From Trueperaceae bacterium (GTDB lineage Bacteria > Deinococcota > Deinococci > Deinococcales > Trueperaceae): a stretch of 64,000 nucleotides of DNA. The translations under genes and the position numbers were made by a program. Positions 61,515 through 64,000 of this stretch are shown here, piece after piece (position 1 is the first letter of the stretch; the number at the start of each line of letters is the position of its first letter). The notes beneath the pieces were generated by a model. That model did no database searches and had not been told where the DNA came from. It worked only from the letters and a program-made list of their open reading frames with translations. The DNA is taken from assembly GCA_965213705.1 (NCBI GenBank), contig OZ243913.1, positions 960,001 through 1,024,000 of the forward strand. The letters are read 5' to 3'.

Positions 61515-62368
61515 GAGGGTGTTATGAACTCAATCGCTAAACTAAAGAATGACAAGGAAAGGTTATCCGAGTGATGTCGGCGATGAAGAATGGGCTTTTG
61601 TAGCACCGTACTTGAGCTTAATCAGAGAAGACGCCCCACAACGAAGTTATGACCTACGAGAGGTGTTTGATGCTTTGAGATGGATGGTTCGCTCAGGCTC
61701 ACCTTGGCGCTATTTACCTGGTGACTTCCCACCTTGGGAAGCGGTATATCAGCAAAGCCAAAGGTGGTTAAAAGCAGGCGTGTTCGAGGAGATGACCCAC
61801 GACCTACGAAGCCTGCTGAGACGGCTGAAAGGACGAGGAGAAAACCCAACAGCGACGGTGTTTGATGGACGCACCTTACAAAGTACGCCTGAGAGTGGCG
61901 AACGTGCGGGCTATGACGGACACAAGCGTAAGAAAGGCTCTAAAGTCCATCTGGCAGTCGATACCTTGGGTCTACTCTTAGCCCTTGTCGTTACACCTGC
62001 AAACGAACAAGAACGCCATCAGGTTGAAGCGCTTGCCGAGCAAGTTCAAACCATAACTGGAGAATCCGTCGAGGTTGCGTTTGTAGACCAGGGCTACACA
62101 GGTGACGACGCAGCCGAGGCGGCTAAAAGCCAAGGCATTCGGCTCTTCGTTGTTAAACACGAAGAAGCTAAGAAAGGCTTCGTTTTGCTACCCAGACGCT
62201 GGGTCGTAGAGCGTTCCTTTGCCTGGACATCCCGACTCAGGCGCTTAGCCCGTGACTATGAACGACTGCCTGAAACCCTTGCTGGGCTGCATTTCTTAGC
62301 TTTCTCTATGCTCATGCTTAAACGCTTAGCCCCTTTTTTAACTCTTCCGGCTAGTTCATAACACGCTC
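61515..62368 (+). mobile_element. IS5-family insertion sequence
   Basis: Terminal IRs GAGGGTGTTATGAACT / AGTTCATAACACGCTC (15/16); TA (or CTAG) target duplication. Confidence 0.93.
61549..62361 (+). CDS. IS5-family DDE transposase
   Basis: [43 protein letters not shown]. Confidence 0.95.
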   Translation: MTRKGYPSDVGDEEWAFVAPYLSLIREDAPQRSYDLREVFDALRWMVRSGSPWRYLPGDFPPWEAVYQQSQRWLKAGVFEEMTHDLRSLLRRLKGRGENPTATVFDGRTLQSTPESGERAGYDGHKRKKGSKVHLAVDTLGLLLALVVTPANEQERHQVEALAEQVQTITGESVEVAFVDQGYTGDDAAEAAKSQGIRLFVVKHEEAKKGFVLLPRRWVVERSFAWTSRLRRLARDYERLPETLAGLHFLAFSMLMLKRLAPFLTLPASS

Positions 62369-62680
62369 TAGGCTGAGAAGTGCTGTGTTGACAAGCAAAA
62401 GGATCATAAAAGAGATTAGGTCTATACCTCTGAGAAAGCCGAAAAGTAGGTGTGAATAAAACCAGGGGTTAGAGCCGTATTCTTGCCGAAAATAGCTCTC
62501 GATTCTCGGTCCTAGAAAGAACACGACGACACTCATGCCGAGAACGAGTAGAAAGCTCAAATCGCAGCCCGGTCGTTCTACGGGTGACCTCGACATGCGC
62601 TCATGATAGGTCGCGTCTTCTAAAAGTCGGTGAGGATTTTTCACGCTTTGTGCGGTAGTCGCGGGTACTCGTCAAAACGA

Positions 62681-62705
62681 AAGCGGACACCCAAAGTGTC
62701 CGCTT
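62681..62705 (-). terminator. Intrinsic terminator after the protease gene
   Basis: aagcggacac-ccaaa-gtgtccgctt with a T-rich tail on the minus strand. Confidence 0.7.
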
Positions 62706-62725
62706 CGCTGAAGTTGGTCCAAGGG

Positions 62726-64000
62726 TTAGCGGTCGGGTTTGAACTCCTGGACGGCGCCGTCCGGTGTGACCACGCCGACGGGTGGCAAGAGGATTTCCCA
62801 AGACTCGTTGTCGACCCTTTGGGGGGTCAGCTCGGAGCTGCAGTTCGGTGAGCAACCGGGCAGGCTGTAGGCGTCGGCGGCGTTTTTGTTCACCCCGTAG
62901 CCCATGTCCTGCAGCGAGCCGATGGTCATGCGGCTCAGGGGCTCGGCGGCGGCCCCTTCGCTGTAGCCGGTCATGAGTTCCTGGTTGAAGGTGTTTTCGT
63001 CCCAGTGGCCGCAGCGGGTGCCGCCGCCGCCGTCCTGCTCGACCGGCACGTCGCCGCTGCCGCCTAAGGCGAGCCATTCCTGCCTCGCATTGCTGCCTGT
63101 GTAGCGCGGGTTCGCCGGGCAAGAGGCATTGTTGTAGTTCACCAACCCAAAGTTGTTCCACAGCGTGCCGATGCCGAGCACGTGGCCCATCTCGTGCAGG
63201 ATGGTCTCGAACAGGTCGGGTCCGCTCGAGTCCGCGCTGTCGAAGTTCATCACGCCGTAGGTGGTCAAGCCGCCGCTGCGCAGCAAACACGGCCCCGCCG
63301 AGGCGAGGATGCCGCCCGGCCCGTCGCGCGGCCCGACCTCGGCGTAAATCACCACGTCGTCCACCGTGCCGTTGTAGGAAGGTTCGTTCTGGCCGCACTG
63401 GTTGGCGGACTTGCTCAGGGGCGCGTTCGGCAAATCGCCCTGGATGACCGTTTCCCAGCGCGCGGCGGCGTCTTGGAACAGTTGCCGCTGGCCGGCGGTC
63501 ACGTTGGGGCCGAACACGAACTGGATGTTGAAGTTGCCCGACGGCGGCGGAGTGCCGCTGGTCGCATAGTCGCCCACCAGGCTCACCCCCGAGTAGGCGC
63601 TGTAGCCGCGAACCGTCACGTAATAGGTGCCCGTTTGCGGCGCGCTGAAGCTGCAGGTTTCGGTGTTGCCGTTCAGGTAAGGGCGGCAGTCGTAACTGCT
63701 CGTCGTCGGCGCGCTGCCGAATTTCACGTACAGGTCGGCGTCACCGCTGCCGCCCGACATGGCGAAGCTGAGGTTGCTGACCCCACCGGGCACGACAAAC
63801 GTGAACGTTTTCTGGCTGCCGGTCGCGCCGGACAAGCCGGTTACGGGCGTGCCTTTTTGCAACTCCGTGTTCCCGCCGCCGCTGCCGCCCGTGTAGGTGC
63901 CGACGAGTTGCACGCCGGAGTAAGCGCTGTAGCCGCGAACCATCACGTAGTAAGTCCCCGCTTGTGGCGTGCTGAACGAACAACCTTCGGTGTTCCCGTT
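62726..64000 (-). CDS. Extracellular zinc metalloprotease (leishmanolysin-like) with PPC domains; 5' end outside the window
   Basis: Repeated PPC domains (GDADLYV, CRPY..GN.E.C, VRGYSAYSG); HEMGH..G, HWDE, ELMTG, DMGY. Confidence 0.85.
   Translation of the reverse strand, partial: NGNTEGCSFSTPQAGTYYVMVRGYSAYSGVQLVGTYTGGSGGGNTELQKGTPVTGLSGATGSQKTFTFVVPGGVSNLSFAMSGGSGDADLYVKFGSAPTTSSYDCRPYLNGNTETCSFSAPQTGTYYVTVRGYSAYSGVSLVGDYATSGTPPPSGNFNIQFVFGPNVTAGQRQLFQDAAARWETVIQGDLPNAPLSKSANQCGQNEPSYNGTVDDVVIYAEVGPRDGPGGILASAGPCLLRSGGLTTYGVMNFDSADSSGPDLFETILHEMGHVLGIGTLWNNFGLVNYNNASCPANPRYTGSNARQEWLALGGSGDVPVEQDGGGGTRCGHWDENTFNQELMTGYSEGAAAEPLSRMTIGSLQDMGYGVNKNAADAYSLPGCSPNCSSELTPQRVDNESWEILLPPVGVVTPDGAVQEFKPDR

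Larger units (their letters stand above)
61207..62596 (-). pseudogene. Membrane-protein gene split by IS5
   Basis: Removing the IS and one target copy rejoins ...LLSL|ANLLIPIQ... in frame (177 aa from ATG 62596). Confidence 0.8.

Overview
High-GC (about 62% by eye) bacterial chromosome segment. It most likely comes from Deinococcota (Truepera/Meiothermus-like), judged from pervasive leaderless TANNNT-start genes and a DR0824-like amidohydrolase. Most of it is housekeeping and metabolic: ftsH, intein-containing dnaB, prmA-rsmE, mnmA, lemA, capD/wzc, moeB, fumC, sodC, peptide and branched-chain/aromatic ABC systems, paaK, pepF, rluD, alkA and a P450. Small accessory insertions are scattered through it: four intact toxin-antitoxin pairs plus a remnant, an orphan immunity-like gene array, an IS5 splitting a membrane-protein gene, and an integrase-less ~1 kb island in tRNA-Ala(GGC) carrying only an XRE-MazF pair. 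The leading candidates for new biology are (1) that tRNA mini-island, (2) a divergent PlsY fused to an acyl-ACP-reductase-like domain, (3) a window-wide CTCGAG excess with near-absence of GATC, (4) an unassigned rod-like RNA at 45.6 kb, and (5) a shuffled SOD/CHRD-like surface domain present in His-bearing and His-less forms. All calls are by eye from motifs; no database searches were run.
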